This document shows, piece by piece, positions 15,993 through 24,701 of a DNA stretch of 46,880 nucleotides. Numbering within the stretch: the stretch's first letter is position 1; each line of letters starts with the position of its first letter. Location of the stretch: contig DASUDA010000067.1 of assembly GCA_036275835.1 (NCBI GenBank), positions 1-46,880 of the forward strand, written 5' to 3'. The translations under genes were made by a program, and so were the position numbers. The stretch is from a bacterium. Lineage in GTDB: Bacteria; Sysuimicrobiota; Sysuimicrobiia; Sysuimicrobiales; Segetimicrobiaceae. Below the pieces are notes generated by a model that was not told the origin of the DNA, ran no database searches, and saw nothing but the letters and a program-made list of their open reading frames with translations.

Positions 15993-16959
15993 AGATGATC
16001 CGGCTGCCGAAGGGCTCGAGCCGGAACGGCACCGGCCGCAGGTCGGGGAGCCTCTCGAGGATCGTGGACTGGTTGCGCGGTGGAGCGAACAGGAGCAGAA
16101 ATCCCCCGCCGCCGGCGCCCAGGAGCTTCCCGCCGATCGCGCCCGCGGCGCGGGCCGCCTCATACCATTCGTCGATGTCGGGGGTCGTGACCCCTGAGGC
16201 GAGGCGACGCTTGATCGTCCATCCCTCATCCAGAATCTCGCCCATGTCGGTGAGCCGGCGGTTCACGAGCGCTGCGCGGAGATCCAGGGCGAGGTTGCGG
16301 AGGCGCAGCGTATCATCGAGCGCGCCGGTGTTTTCTTCGAGATTACGCTGCTGCTCGGCGAGGATCGCGTCGGCGCTTCGTGTAAGACCGGTGTAGAGGA
16401 GCAGCAGGTGCTCCTGCAGCCGTTCCCGGAATTCGGCGCCCGGCAGGAGGGGTTCCACGGACACGGCGTCCTCCTCGAACCGGATGAACTGCAGCCCCCC
16501 GAACGCGGAGATGTACTGGTCCTGCTTCCCGATCGGGTGGCGCAGGCGCTCAATTTCGATCTGACACGCCTCCTCCGCCAGGCGCTTTGCCCCCGCGTGC
16601 CGGCCCGCGTAGGCGTGGAGCGCGTGCAGGACCCCGACCGTGTACGCGCTGCTCGACCCGAGTCCGGTGCCGCGGGACGGAATGTCCGAGATGGACGTGA
16701 TCTCGATCCCGCCGGTGATGCCGGTGAGCAGCAGCGCCTCGCGGATCAGCTCGTGCTTCAGATCCTCGACCCGGTCCACCATCTCGGTGATGGCGTAGCT
16801 CGCCCGGATTTTGGAGTCGAACTTCTTGTTCACCGTGATATAGATGTACTTGTTGATGGCCGTCGTCACAACCGCGCCGGCCTCGCGGCGGTAAAAAGCG
16901 GGAAAGTCGGATCCGCCCCCGGCGAAACTGATGCGGAGGGGAGTGCGCGAGATAATCAC
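15979..16959 (-). CDS. hddA: GHMP-family sugar kinase, D-glycero-alpha-D-manno-heptose-7-phosphate kinase type
   Basis: N-terminus (M)IISRTPLRISFAGGGSDFP, GHMP motif PSRGTGLGSSSA, C-terminal GGKLLGAGGGGFLL. GTG start. Confidence 0.85.
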   Translation of the reverse strand: MIISRTPLRISFAGGGSDFPAFYRREAGAVVTTAINKYIYITVNKKFDSKIRASYAITEMVDRVEDLKHELIREALLLTGITGGIEITSISDIPSRGTGLGSSSAYTVGVLHALHAYAGRHAGAKRLAEEACQIEIERLRHPIGKQDQYISAFGGLQFIRFEEDAVSVEPLLPGAEFRERLQEHLLLLYTGLTRSADAILAEQQRNLEENTGALDDTLRLRNLALDLRAALVNRRLTDMGEILDEGWTIKRRLASGVTTPDIDEWYEAARAAGAIGGKLLGAGGGGFLLLFAPPRNQSTILERLPDLRPVPFRLEPFGSRIIYVEE

Positions 16960-17100
16960 GGCGAGAAAGATTCGGCTTGGTGGAAGGAACTCCTCGCCCG
17001 GGCGCCCGGGTGTCTCCCCGGCATAGGCGGGCGTGACTCCGGGACATGCCTTCGTGGTCGCGCGCGGGCGCGCGGTTGCTGAGCTCGTCCAGATGCCTTA

Positions 17101-17129
17101 GTGACACTCCAGGAGGGGTAGCGTATAAT
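17101..17129 (+). promoter_or_regulatory. Sigma70-like promoter GTGACA-17 nt-TATAAT upstream of lpxB
   Basis: Consensus TATAAT at 17124-17129 in otherwise GC-rich DNA. An in-frame GTG lies 6 nt downstream (17136) and an ATG 15 nt downstream (17145). Confidence 0.45.
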
Positions 17130-17144
17130 CCTGGCGTGACGGCG

Positions 17145-18413
17145 ATGCTCACTCGCTCCATCGCGCCCGCCCAATCTCCCGCGATTCGCTCGAGCGACGA
17201 GGGGGAGCCTCGACCCACCGAGCTCGTGCTGGTCTCCAGCGGTCCGGGGGAACTGTCCAACTGGGCCGTCCCGATGGTACGCGCCGCCAAGGAGTGGGCG
17301 GCGGCCCGGGGGATCCCGCTCACGCTCTCCCTGATCCTGCCCCCGTGCCAGTTTGCCAGCGGGCAGGAGATTGCGTTCGCCCGGCGTCAGGAAGTGTTTG
17401 CGCGGATCCTCGGCCCCCGGGCGTGCCTGGCACTCGTCGCCGGACTGGCGCGATTTCCGGCCACCGGCCCGGGATGTCTCCTGCACCTGGGCGGAGATTT
17501 CTGGTACTCCGCCACCCTCGGACGCCGGCTGGGGTATCCCGCCTTCGCTTACGCGGAGACACCGCTTGTCCGGAAGCGCGCCCATCGGTTTGAGCGGGTG
17601 TTCCTCCCCTCGCAGGCGCTGGCCCGCCGTCTCGCCGAGGACGGCGTCCCGTCCGAGCGGCTTGCGGTCGTGGGTGATCTCCGCGTGGATCATCTGTCGG
17701 CGTTTCGGACGCGTGCCGGCGAACGGCGCCCCGGCGTGCGCGTCGCGCTCCTCCCCGGAAGCCGCCGGTGGCTCGTGGAGGGTGTCCTGCCGATCTTCCT
17801 CGACGCGGCGAAGGCGATGCGCACCCGCCGGGCCGAGATTCGGTTCTCCCTGATCGCCTCTCCCTTCTTGCCGCCTGACGCGCTCGCACGGATCTTGGAG
17901 CCGCACCGGGACGCGCTGGTCGCGTTGGGGGTGGACGTGACTCAGGATGATCGCCTGACGGCCATGGCCCAGAGCGACCTCGCGATTACGCTGCCCGGGA
18001 CAAACACGGTGGAACTGGCCGTTCTGGGCGTCCCGATGCTGGTTGCCGTGCCGCTTCATCGGCCGGGACGCATCCGCATGGAGGGGATGTCCGAATGGCT
18101 CGGCCGCATCCCCGTGCTTGGGAATGCGATCAAAGGCATGATCGCCCTCCGGCAGATGCGGCACCCGAGGCTTCTGGCGTGGCCGAATCGCGAGGCTGGG
18201 CGTTCGATCGTTCCCGAACTGGTCGGCCGCATCACTCCGGATGACATCGCGCGCCGCGCGCTCGCTCTGCTGGAGGACCAGCCGGGTCTCGAGCAGACGG
18301 CGCGGGATCTTCGCGGCCTCTACGCGACGCCGCGTGGGGTCGCCCAGCGGATGCTCGACGCGATGGCGCCGCATCTCCTCCCGGCGGCCGATCGCCGCAC
18401 GGCGCTCGCGTGA
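17145..18413 (+). CDS. lpxB: Lipid-A-disaccharide synthase (GT19)
   Basis: LVSSGPGE N-terminal motif, ALLPGSR, SDLAITLPGTNTVELAVLGVPMLV and WPNREAGRSIVPEL. These align by eye with E. coli LpxB motifs ALLPGSRGAEV, SDAALLASGTAALE and LPNLLAGRELV. Start could be 17136 (GTG) or 17046. Confidence 0.7.
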   Translation: MLTRSIAPAQSPAIRSSDEGEPRPTELVLVSSGPGELSNWAVPMVRAAKEWAAARGIPLTLSLILPPCQFASGQEIAFARRQEVFARILGPRACLALVAGLARFPATGPGCLLHLGGDFWYSATLGRRLGYPAFAYAETPLVRKRAHRFERVFLPSQALARRLAEDGVPSERLAVVGDLRVDHLSAFRTRAGERRPGVRVALLPGSRRWLVEGVLPIFLDAAKAMRTRRAEIRFSLIASPFLPPDALARILEPHRDALVALGVDVTQDDRLTAMAQSDLAITLPGTNTVELAVLGVPMLVAVPLHRPGRIRMEGMSEWLGRIPVLGNAIKGMIALRQMRHPRLLAWPNREAGRSIVPELVGRITPDDIARRALALLEDQPGLEQTARDLRGLYATPRGVAQRMLDAMAPHLLPAADRRTALA

Positions 18414-18414
18414 C

Positions 18415-19548
18415 GTGAAACGCCTCCTCATCGTCAGCAACGGGTACGGGGAGGATCTGGAGGTCTCCCAGATCCTCCGGGCCCTGCCCCGGGGAGCGGT
18501 GGAGATCTCCGCGTACCCCCTCGTCGGGCTCGGTCGCGCCTATCCGCCGGGGGTGACACTCCTGGAGCCCCGGCGGGAGTTTCCGAGCGGAGGGTTCGTC
18601 GCACGCGCGGGGTGGGCGACGCTGTGGGCAGATCTCCGGGGCGGCTTTGGACGATTCTGGCTGGCCCAGCGGCGCACGCTCCGTTCGATGAGGGAGCGCG
18701 TGGACCTCGTGGTCGCTGCGGGGGATGTGTACTGCTTGGTGATGGCCGCGGCGGCGGGCCGCTCGACCGTCTATCTGGCCCTCCCCAAGTCGGAGTACAT
18801 CGCGCCCCACTCCCTCCTCGAGGAGTGGATCATCAGGCGGATAGCCTGCCAGGTGTTCACCCGGGACGAGGCGACGGCGGCCGCGCTGCGGCGTCGGGGG
18901 ATTCCGGCCCGGTGCCTCGGCTTTCCGTTGATGGACACCTTGGCGCCGTCCGGCGAAACCTTTGGGATCCCCGCCGATCGCCCTGTCCTGACGCTTCTGC
19001 CCGGCAGCAAGCCCGCGGCGTTCGACAACGTCGTCCTGCTGCTGCGGGCGGCGGCGACTGCCTCCTCCGGGATGGCGCCCGCTCCCGCCGTGCTGGTGGC
19101 GTGGCCTCCCCAACTCTCCGCGGAGCGGCTTCGGGGCGCCATCGGGGCGTCGGGCGGCCTCTGGGTCGACTCCCATCGCTTCCGCATGCAGGGGATCGAG
19201 GCAACGGTCACGACCGATCACTTTGCCGACGCTCTGACCAGGGCGACGGTCGTTTTGGGTATGGCCGGCGCCGCCCATGAGCAGGCGGCCGGACTCGGCA
19301 AGCCTGTGGTGGCGTTCCCCGGGATGGGGCCGCAGTTTACGGTGCGCTTCCTCCGCGAACAGCAGAAACTTCTGGGCGACGCCCTGGTCGTTGCCGGATC
19401 TCCCGAGGAGGCGGCCCAGGCTGTGCGGGTGCTCCTCGGCGATCCCGCGGACCGGGAGCGGCGCGGCCGCATCGGCCGGGAGCGCCAGGGAGAACCCGGA
19501 GGCTCTGCCGCCATCGCTCACTATCTTTTGGAGAAGCTCGGCGCATAA
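18415..19548 (+). CDS. Lipid-A-disaccharide-synthase-related protein (second GT19-like paralogue)
   Basis: GTG 18415 lies 1 nt after the lpxB stop. LLIVSNGYGEDLE N-terminus, LTLLPGSK and MAGAAHEQAAGLGKPVVAFP resemble the LpxB-related family found in cyanobacteria and relatives. Confidence 0.65.
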   Translation: MKRLLIVSNGYGEDLEVSQILRALPRGAVEISAYPLVGLGRAYPPGVTLLEPRREFPSGGFVARAGWATLWADLRGGFGRFWLAQRRTLRSMRERVDLVVAAGDVYCLVMAAAAGRSTVYLALPKSEYIAPHSLLEEWIIRRIACQVFTRDEATAAALRRRGIPARCLGFPLMDTLAPSGETFGIPADRPVLTLLPGSKPAAFDNVVLLLRAAATASSGMAPAPAVLVAWPPQLSAERLRGAIGASGGLWVDSHRFRMQGIEATVTTDHFADALTRATVVLGMAGAAHEQAAGLGKPVVAFPGMGPQFTVRFLREQQKLLGDALVVAGSPEEAAQAVRVLLGDPADRERRGRIGRERQGEPGGSAAIAHYLLEKLGA

Positions 19549-19574
19549 GAGGTTCTCAGATCCCCTGACACGCG

Positions 19575-21257
19575 ATGAACGAGGTCGAGACCAACGTGGC
19601 GATCACCGGCCCGAGCGCGCTTCGCGCTCGCGTTTCCGAACGGGCGGCCTGCGCCGTCGGGGCGCACTGGCATCTGTGGGTCGCGCTCGTTCTCCTGGGG
19701 ACCGCCATTGTGACGTTCTACCGGCTCGGGGACGGGTCGCTCTGGGATCAGGATGAGACGAAGTACGCGCAGGTGGCCCGCGAGATTCTCGAGACCGGCG
19801 ATCCCGTGACCCTCCACATCAACGGCCGGCCCTGGTACGTGCATCCTCCGCTGTACATGTGGCTGGTCGCCGCGACGGGCCGCGCCGCGGGATTCACCGA
19901 GTTCACCGTCCGCGCCTGGTCGGCGGTCGCCAGCGTGCTCGCGGTGTACGCCACGGCCCTCCTCGGCCGGGCGCTTTTCAGTCCTCGCGCGGGTGTGTTC
20001 GCCGGCGCGATTCTGGCCGTCACGCTGCAGTTTCTGTTTCAGTCGCGGCTGGCCGTCTTCGATACGGTGCTGCTCGCCTGGATGCTGCTCGCGATGTATG
20101 CCTTCGTGCGCGCGTACGCGCGCGGGCGCAGGGACGACTACCTGCGGTTCTTCCTGTTTACCGGGCTCGCCACGCTGACCAAAGGCCCGATCGGCCTTCT
20201 GCTCCCCGGCCTCACCATCGTGCCGTTCGTGACTCTCCGGCGCTCCTGGCACCGGTGGCGCGAAGTGCCGTGGGCGGCCGGCCTCGCTCTCTACGCGGTG
20301 GTGGGGCTGTCCTGGTATGCGGCGGAGACGTGGCTGCACGGGAGAGAGTTTGTCTCCACCGTCCTTGGGTACTATGGCCTGGGGCGGTTCTTCGGGGTCG
20401 TCGAAAATCAGGCGGGCCCGTGGTACTACTATGTCCCGGTCGTGCTCCTGGGGGCCTTCCCGTGGACGGCGTTCTGGCCGGCGGCCGCCGCGTTCCATGC
20501 GCGCCGCCTAAGGGAAGATGGCAGCCTTCTCGTCCTCCTGTGGTGCGGGCTCATCTTCGTCTTCTTCTCCGCCGCCGGGACGAAACTGCCAAATTACGTT
20601 CTGCCGATCTACCCGTTCGCCGCCGTGGGCGTCGCGGCGCTCTGGGATGCGGCCCTTCGCCCCCCTGGTGTCGACCGAGGACTCAGCCTCTCGCTCGCCC
20701 TTCTCGTGGCGCTGGTGGCGGCCCTGTACGCGGGTGTTCGCGGATATCTTGTGGGCCTCTACCCGGACGCCTACCACACCTACGCGCGAATTCTCCTCGT
20801 GCCCGCCGTGGTGCTGGCGGCCGGAGTGTGCCTCGTTCTCCTGCTCGCCGCCGCCCGCTGGAGAGTCGCCGCGTTTACGACACTGTGCGTGGCGACAGCG
20901 GTGGCCTGGGTCGGCGTGCTCACCTGGGTCGTCCCTGTGGTGGAGGCCCAGAAGCCCATGAAGCCCCTCGCGCTCGCGATTCGGAGTGCGCTAGAGCCCG
21001 GCGACCGCATCGTGGGGTATCGCCTGAGTATCGACGCGTCGCTGATCTACTACACGGATCATCCCGTCGAGTGGGTTGACGCTCCGGGAGATCTGCGCCG
21101 TGCGGTGTGCGCTCCGGGGCGGGTGTTCCTCGTGATCACGCAGAAGGAGTGGGACTCCGCCCGGCCGGAGCTGCCGGGAGACCTCCGGACGCTGGCGGAG
21201 CGGGGTGGGACGAACGTTCTGCTCAAGCCGGCCTCGGTGAGCTGCTCTCGTCCCTGA
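19575..21257 (+). CDS. ArnT/PMT-like polyprenyl-phosphate-sugar-dependent glycosyltransferase (GT39/GT83)
   Basis: Multi-pass membrane protein. First periplasmic loop WDQDETKYAQVAREILETGD...PPLYMW carries the DE/DD motif typical of GT-C enzymes. Soluble C-terminal domain. Confidence 0.85.
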   Translation: MNEVETNVAITGPSALRARVSERAACAVGAHWHLWVALVLLGTAIVTFYRLGDGSLWDQDETKYAQVAREILETGDPVTLHINGRPWYVHPPLYMWLVAATGRAAGFTEFTVRAWSAVASVLAVYATALLGRALFSPRAGVFAGAILAVTLQFLFQSRLAVFDTVLLAWMLLAMYAFVRAYARGRRDDYLRFFLFTGLATLTKGPIGLLLPGLTIVPFVTLRRSWHRWREVPWAAGLALYAVVGLSWYAAETWLHGREFVSTVLGYYGLGRFFGVVENQAGPWYYYVPVVLLGAFPWTAFWPAAAAFHARRLREDGSLLVLLWCGLIFVFFSAAGTKLPNYVLPIYPFAAVGVAALWDAALRPPGVDRGLSLSLALLVALVAALYAGVRGYLVGLYPDAYHTYARILLVPAVVLAAGVCLVLLLAAARWRVAAFTTLCVATAVAWVGVLTWVVPVVEAQKPMKPLALAIRSALEPGDRIVGYRLSIDASLIYYTDHPVEWVDAPGDLRRAVCAPGRVFLVITQKEWDSARPELPGDLRTLAERGGTNVLLKPASVSCSRP

Positions 21258-21288
21258 GCAGCCTCTCTTGCCGCGGTCAGGTGCTGGC

Positions 21289-21326
21289 TTGACGGAACGT
21301 GGGTATGTGACTATTATAGTCATATA
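21289..21326 (+). promoter_or_regulatory. TA-module promoter TTGACG-17 nt-TATTAT overlapped by a 23-bp near-perfect palindrome (candidate operator)
   Basis: -35 at 21289-21294 and -10 at 21312-21317. The palindrome TATGTGACTAT-T-ATAGTCATATA at 21304-21326 has 10/11 complementary positions per arm. Local AT-rich patch. Confidence 0.5.
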
Positions 21327-21368
21327 AGATTTGCGCTGGCTCTGCGGAGATGCCGGAGGCTGCCCAGA

Positions 21369-21659
21369 ATGAGGCGCGTGTCAATTGCCGTACTGAAAGC
21401 TCGCCTGAGTGAATATGTGAAGGCGGCTAGAGCCGGTGAAGAGGTCATCGTGACGGATCGCAACAGACCGGTTGCCAGGCTTGGCCCGGTCGCTGCGCCA
21501 ATGCGTGGAGACGCTCGGCTCATCGAGCTGGTCCGTGCGGGTTTGGCCCGGCCGGCGCGGCGCCGTCTGCCCAGGAATTTCTGGGAGCGGCCCCGTCCCC
21601 GGGACCGGCAGTCCCGAGCGCTGGCAGCGCTGATCGATGAACGTGCAGAGGGGCGATGA
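21369..21659 (+). CDS. Type II antitoxin, Phd/YefM family
   Basis: N-terminus VSIAVLKARLSEYVKAARAGEEVIVTDRNRPVARL is typical of Phd/YefM. ATGA overlap with the PIN gene. Confidence 0.85.
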   Translation: MRRVSIAVLKARLSEYVKAARAGEEVIVTDRNRPVARLGPVAAPMRGDARLIELVRAGLARPARRRLPRNFWERPRPRDRQSRALAALIDERAEGR

Positions 21660-22075
21660 GATTCTGGGACGCGTCGGGGCTCGTTCCGCTGTGCGTCGAT
21701 CAGCCAGAGTCCAATCGGGCGAGAGCACTGCTCGAAGAGGACCGGGTAATGGTGGTCTGGTGGGGTTCCATTGTCGAATGTTGGTCTGCGTTCGCGCGGC
21801 TTCGGCGCGAGGAGGTATTCACCGTCGCTAACGAGGATGCCGCGCGCGGTCTTCTCCACACCCTGCACGGATCGTGGATTGAGATTTTCCCTGGCGACGA
21901 TGTTCGTGTTCATGCCGGCAGACTGTTACGCCTTCACGCCATCCGGTCGGCGGATGCGTTGCAGTTGGCAGCGGCGCTTGTGTGGGCGGGGACCCCGCCT
22001 TCCGGCGAAATGGTGGTGTTCGATCGTCGCCTGCAAGAGGCGGCGCGGCTGGAGGGGTTGTCGCCGCTATCGTAG
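21656..22075 (+). CDS. vapC: Type II toxin, PIN-domain ribonuclease VapC
   Basis: FWDASGLV N-terminal acidic residue, SADALQLAAAL and VFDRRL conserved PIN acidic positions, 139 aa. Confidence 0.85.
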   Translation: MRFWDASGLVPLCVDQPESNRARALLEEDRVMVVWWGSIVECWSAFARLRREEVFTVANEDAARGLLHTLHGSWIEIFPGDDVRVHAGRLLRLHAIRSADALQLAAALVWAGTPPSGEMVVFDRRLQEAARLEGLSPLS

Positions 22076-22165
22076 ATGCGATTTCGGCTCACCGGTTCGC
22101 CTCTCGGGCGGCCCCGCTCCCGGACACCCTCTAGAGGCGCCTTTCCCTCCGAGAGCTCTCCCGAT

Positions 22166-23788
22166 CTAGCGATTCGTCACCAGGCCCCACCCGAGGGGCG
22201 TCCGTACCAGCACGATGGGTGGGGGAGAGTCGCTGAGGTGGGCGAGCTGGTCGGGTGCCAGCAGCGCGAACACCCGCCGGTGCCGCCAGGCGTCGCGAAA
22301 CGCGCTCTCGTCGACCGGTTCAAGCGTCGCCCGGATCCAATAGGCCGCGAAGTTCGCCTCGACCTCGTGGACGCCGACAACCACGACCATGTCACCGGGG
22401 TGATAGAGGCGGTTGACAGCGGCGCCGATGGCCGGCCACGGCCACAGCTGATTCCAGCGCTGCAGGATCATCGCGTACGTCACGGCATAGGAGAGAAGCG
22501 CGCCGGCGGCGAGGACCGCGATCGCCTCCCTGCCGCGAGCCCGTGCCGCCAGTGCCCAGGAGGCAAGGGCGGCCAGCCCGAGGGCGATCAACACGGGGAG
22601 GAGCATGGGCGTGTAGAAGTACATTTCACGCGGGAACGAGCGGCTCGCTACCCAGATGCCGACTCCGAGGAGACCCACTCCGAAAAGCGGCCCCACGAAG
22701 GTGACCGCCTGCAGGCGAGTTCGGCCGTCCAGAGGCCCTGTGAGTGAGCGGCCGGCGAGCACGGCGAGCGGGGGGTAGCAGGGGAGCAGGTACCGGGCGA
22801 TTCTGTCCCCCTGGGAGACGGAGAGGACGAGAAAGTACAGAGCGAACCACACCGCGCACAGGCGGACAGCGGGTGGACCCACGCGAAGGCTGCGCCACCC
22901 CTCCCGGACGGCTCCGGGCAACAGGCCGGTCCAGGGGAGCATGCCGATGAGGAGCAGCGGGACGTAGGCGACAAGCAGCGCCAGGAACCCGCGAGTCGGG
23001 ACGAGGCCGGGTCCGAGAAAGGAATGACGCAGCCGCCCGATGCTCCCCGCGTCGATAAGCATCACGCGGACGAACGGGCTTCCGACCCGTATCACCTCGA
23101 GGATGTACCAGGGGGCGGCGACGAGCGCGAACACCACGGCTCCTCCGACGAGGTGCCGGAACCGCACGATGGGGCGCTCCCCACTCCACCAGGCGACCAG
23201 CGCGTCCACGATCGCGATGCTGACAACGAGCGGCAGCAGCAGAACGCCCTTCGTGAGGACGGCCAAGCCGGTCCACAGTCCCGCCAGCGCTGTCCACCAT
23301 CCGGCGCCATCCTGTCGGTACCGGAGGTATGCGTGAAAGGCGAGCGTGATGAAGAGAGTGATCAGCATGTCGTGCTGGGGCACCAGGGCGGATGAGTAGA
23401 AGATCTGCAGAAACGTGGCGACGATCAGCGCCGCCATCAGGGCTTCATCCTCCCGGAGGTCCCGGCGGGCGATCGTGTAGACGGTGAGGACGAGAAGGAT
23501 GGTGAACAGGAGGCTTCCGATCCTGAGGACGGCATTATTTTGACCGCCGAGGCGCATGGAGATCGCCATGACCCAGAAGGTCAGGGGGGGTTTGTCGACG
23601 ATCAAGTCCGGGTGATAGTTGGCCGGGAAATGGAGAGTCAGCCAGTCGCCGGTCTCGAGGATATTCTTGGCGACCTCTCCTGAGAGGACGGCATCACTGT
23701 CGATGTGCGGGAGGGGGAGTCCGAGGAGGAGTGCCAGACAGGCGATGGTGACAAGAACGCGCCAGGTCTTGTTGCGTGACGCTCCCAT
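22166..23788 (-). CDS. Second ArnT/PMT-like GT-C glycosyltransferase (GT39/GT83), convergent with the first
   Basis: ATG 23788 has GGAG at 5 nt. DSDAVLSGEVAKNILETGD...KPPLTFW first-loop motif. Same architecture as 19575-21257. Confidence 0.85.
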   Translation of the reverse strand: MGASRNKTWRVLVTIACLALLLGLPLPHIDSDAVLSGEVAKNILETGDWLTLHFPANYHPDLIVDKPPLTFWVMAISMRLGGQNNAVLRIGSLLFTILLVLTVYTIARRDLREDEALMAALIVATFLQIFYSSALVPQHDMLITLFITLAFHAYLRYRQDGAGWWTALAGLWTGLAVLTKGVLLLPLVVSIAIVDALVAWWSGERPIVRFRHLVGGAVVFALVAAPWYILEVIRVGSPFVRVMLIDAGSIGRLRHSFLGPGLVPTRGFLALLVAYVPLLLIGMLPWTGLLPGAVREGWRSLRVGPPAVRLCAVWFALYFLVLSVSQGDRIARYLLPCYPPLAVLAGRSLTGPLDGRTRLQAVTFVGPLFGVGLLGVGIWVASRSFPREMYFYTPMLLPVLIALGLAALASWALAARARGREAIAVLAAGALLSYAVTYAMILQRWNQLWPWPAIGAAVNRLYHPGDMVVVVGVHEVEANFAAYWIRATLEPVDESAFRDAWRHRRVFALLAPDQLAHLSDSPPPIVLVRTPLGWGLVTNR

Positions 23789-23941
23789 TACGGCTCCGAT
23801 TGTATCAACTCGCCCGCGCCGCCAGGCCGGTTTCCCACGCCGTTCACGGCGCCAAACTCGCACGTGGAAAGGGAATCTGGAAGCGTGAGTCGAATGTCAA
23901 ACAACCGTTCGAGAGAAGTCGTGAAGACCGGGAGGTGAACC

Positions 23942-24652
23942 GTGCCGGGGACCCCCGTGACGTCCGGGATGGAGATTTTTCTGGACTCCGCGAACGTCAA
24001 GGAAATCCAGCGCTGGCTGGACGAAGGGATCGTCGATGGTGTGACGACAAACCCTTCCATCATGCTCGCCGACGGCGTGCATGATGTTGAGCGGGGCGCG
24101 GTGCAGATTGCCGAGCTCGTTCATCCCCGGCCTGTGAGCGTCGAGGTGACCACGAACGACCGAGACGAAATGCTGCGCCAGGGGCGGGCATTGGCCCGCC
24201 TCGGCCCGAACATCGTCGTGAAGATTCCCGTCATCAACCAGTTCGGAGAACCGTGCCTCCGCATCGTGCGGGCGCTGGAGGGAGAGGGGATCCGCGTCAA
24301 CGTGACCGCGTGCCTTTCGTTCGGACAGGCCGCGATGGCCGCCAAAGTCGGGGCCACGTACGTGAGCCTGTTTACCGGCCGGATTTCAGATGAAGGCAAT
24401 GACGCGGGCGCCGTGGTTCGCATGACCGCGGAGTGGCTGGCCCGCTGGGGGTACAAGAGCCGGATCATCGTGGGGAGCATTCGGCAAGTATACAACATCC
24501 AGGAGGCGGCGGTGGCAGGGGCACACGTCATTACGGTGCCGCCCCAGTTTATGCAGAAGCTCGTGGACCACAAGTACTCGCGTGACACTGTGCGTGGTTT
24601 CGTAGAGGATGGACAGCGAGCGCTGTCCAAAATGGGGGCCGCACGGACATAA
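23942..24652 (+). CDS. tal: Short-type transaldolase / fructose-6-phosphate aldolase family
   Basis: MEIFLDSANVKEIQRWLDEGIVDGVTTNPS, VKIP (Schiff-base Lys) and SLFTGRISD motifs. GTG 23942 follows GGAGG at 6 nt. ATG 23969 is the alternative start and matches canonical N-termini. Confidence 0.9.
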   Translation: MPGTPVTSGMEIFLDSANVKEIQRWLDEGIVDGVTTNPSIMLADGVHDVERGAVQIAELVHPRPVSVEVTTNDRDEMLRQGRALARLGPNIVVKIPVINQFGEPCLRIVRALEGEGIRVNVTACLSFGQAAMAAKVGATYVSLFTGRISDEGNDAGAVVRMTAEWLARWGYKSRIIVGSIRQVYNIQEAAVAGAHVITVPPQFMQKLVDHKYSRDTVRGFVEDGQRALSKMGAART

Positions 24653-24701
24653 CGGAACGCCTCGTTCGTCCTTGACGTCGCCCGCCTCCTCCGAGGGGAA
24701 T

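Noticed and set aside
16956-19521. 494-aa (16956-18440, -) and 429-aa (18232-19521, -) ORFs antisense to the lpxB genes
   Set aside because: Arg/Pro/Gly-rich low-complexity translation. The plus-strand frames carry GT19 motifs.
23942-24652. Treating the transaldolase simply as a misplaced housekeeping pentose-phosphate gene
   Set aside because: Not fully rejected. It may just supply sedoheptulose-7-P to GmhA. It is kept as a finding because it is the first gene of the tightly packed sugar operon and is followed by stand-alone E1 subunits.
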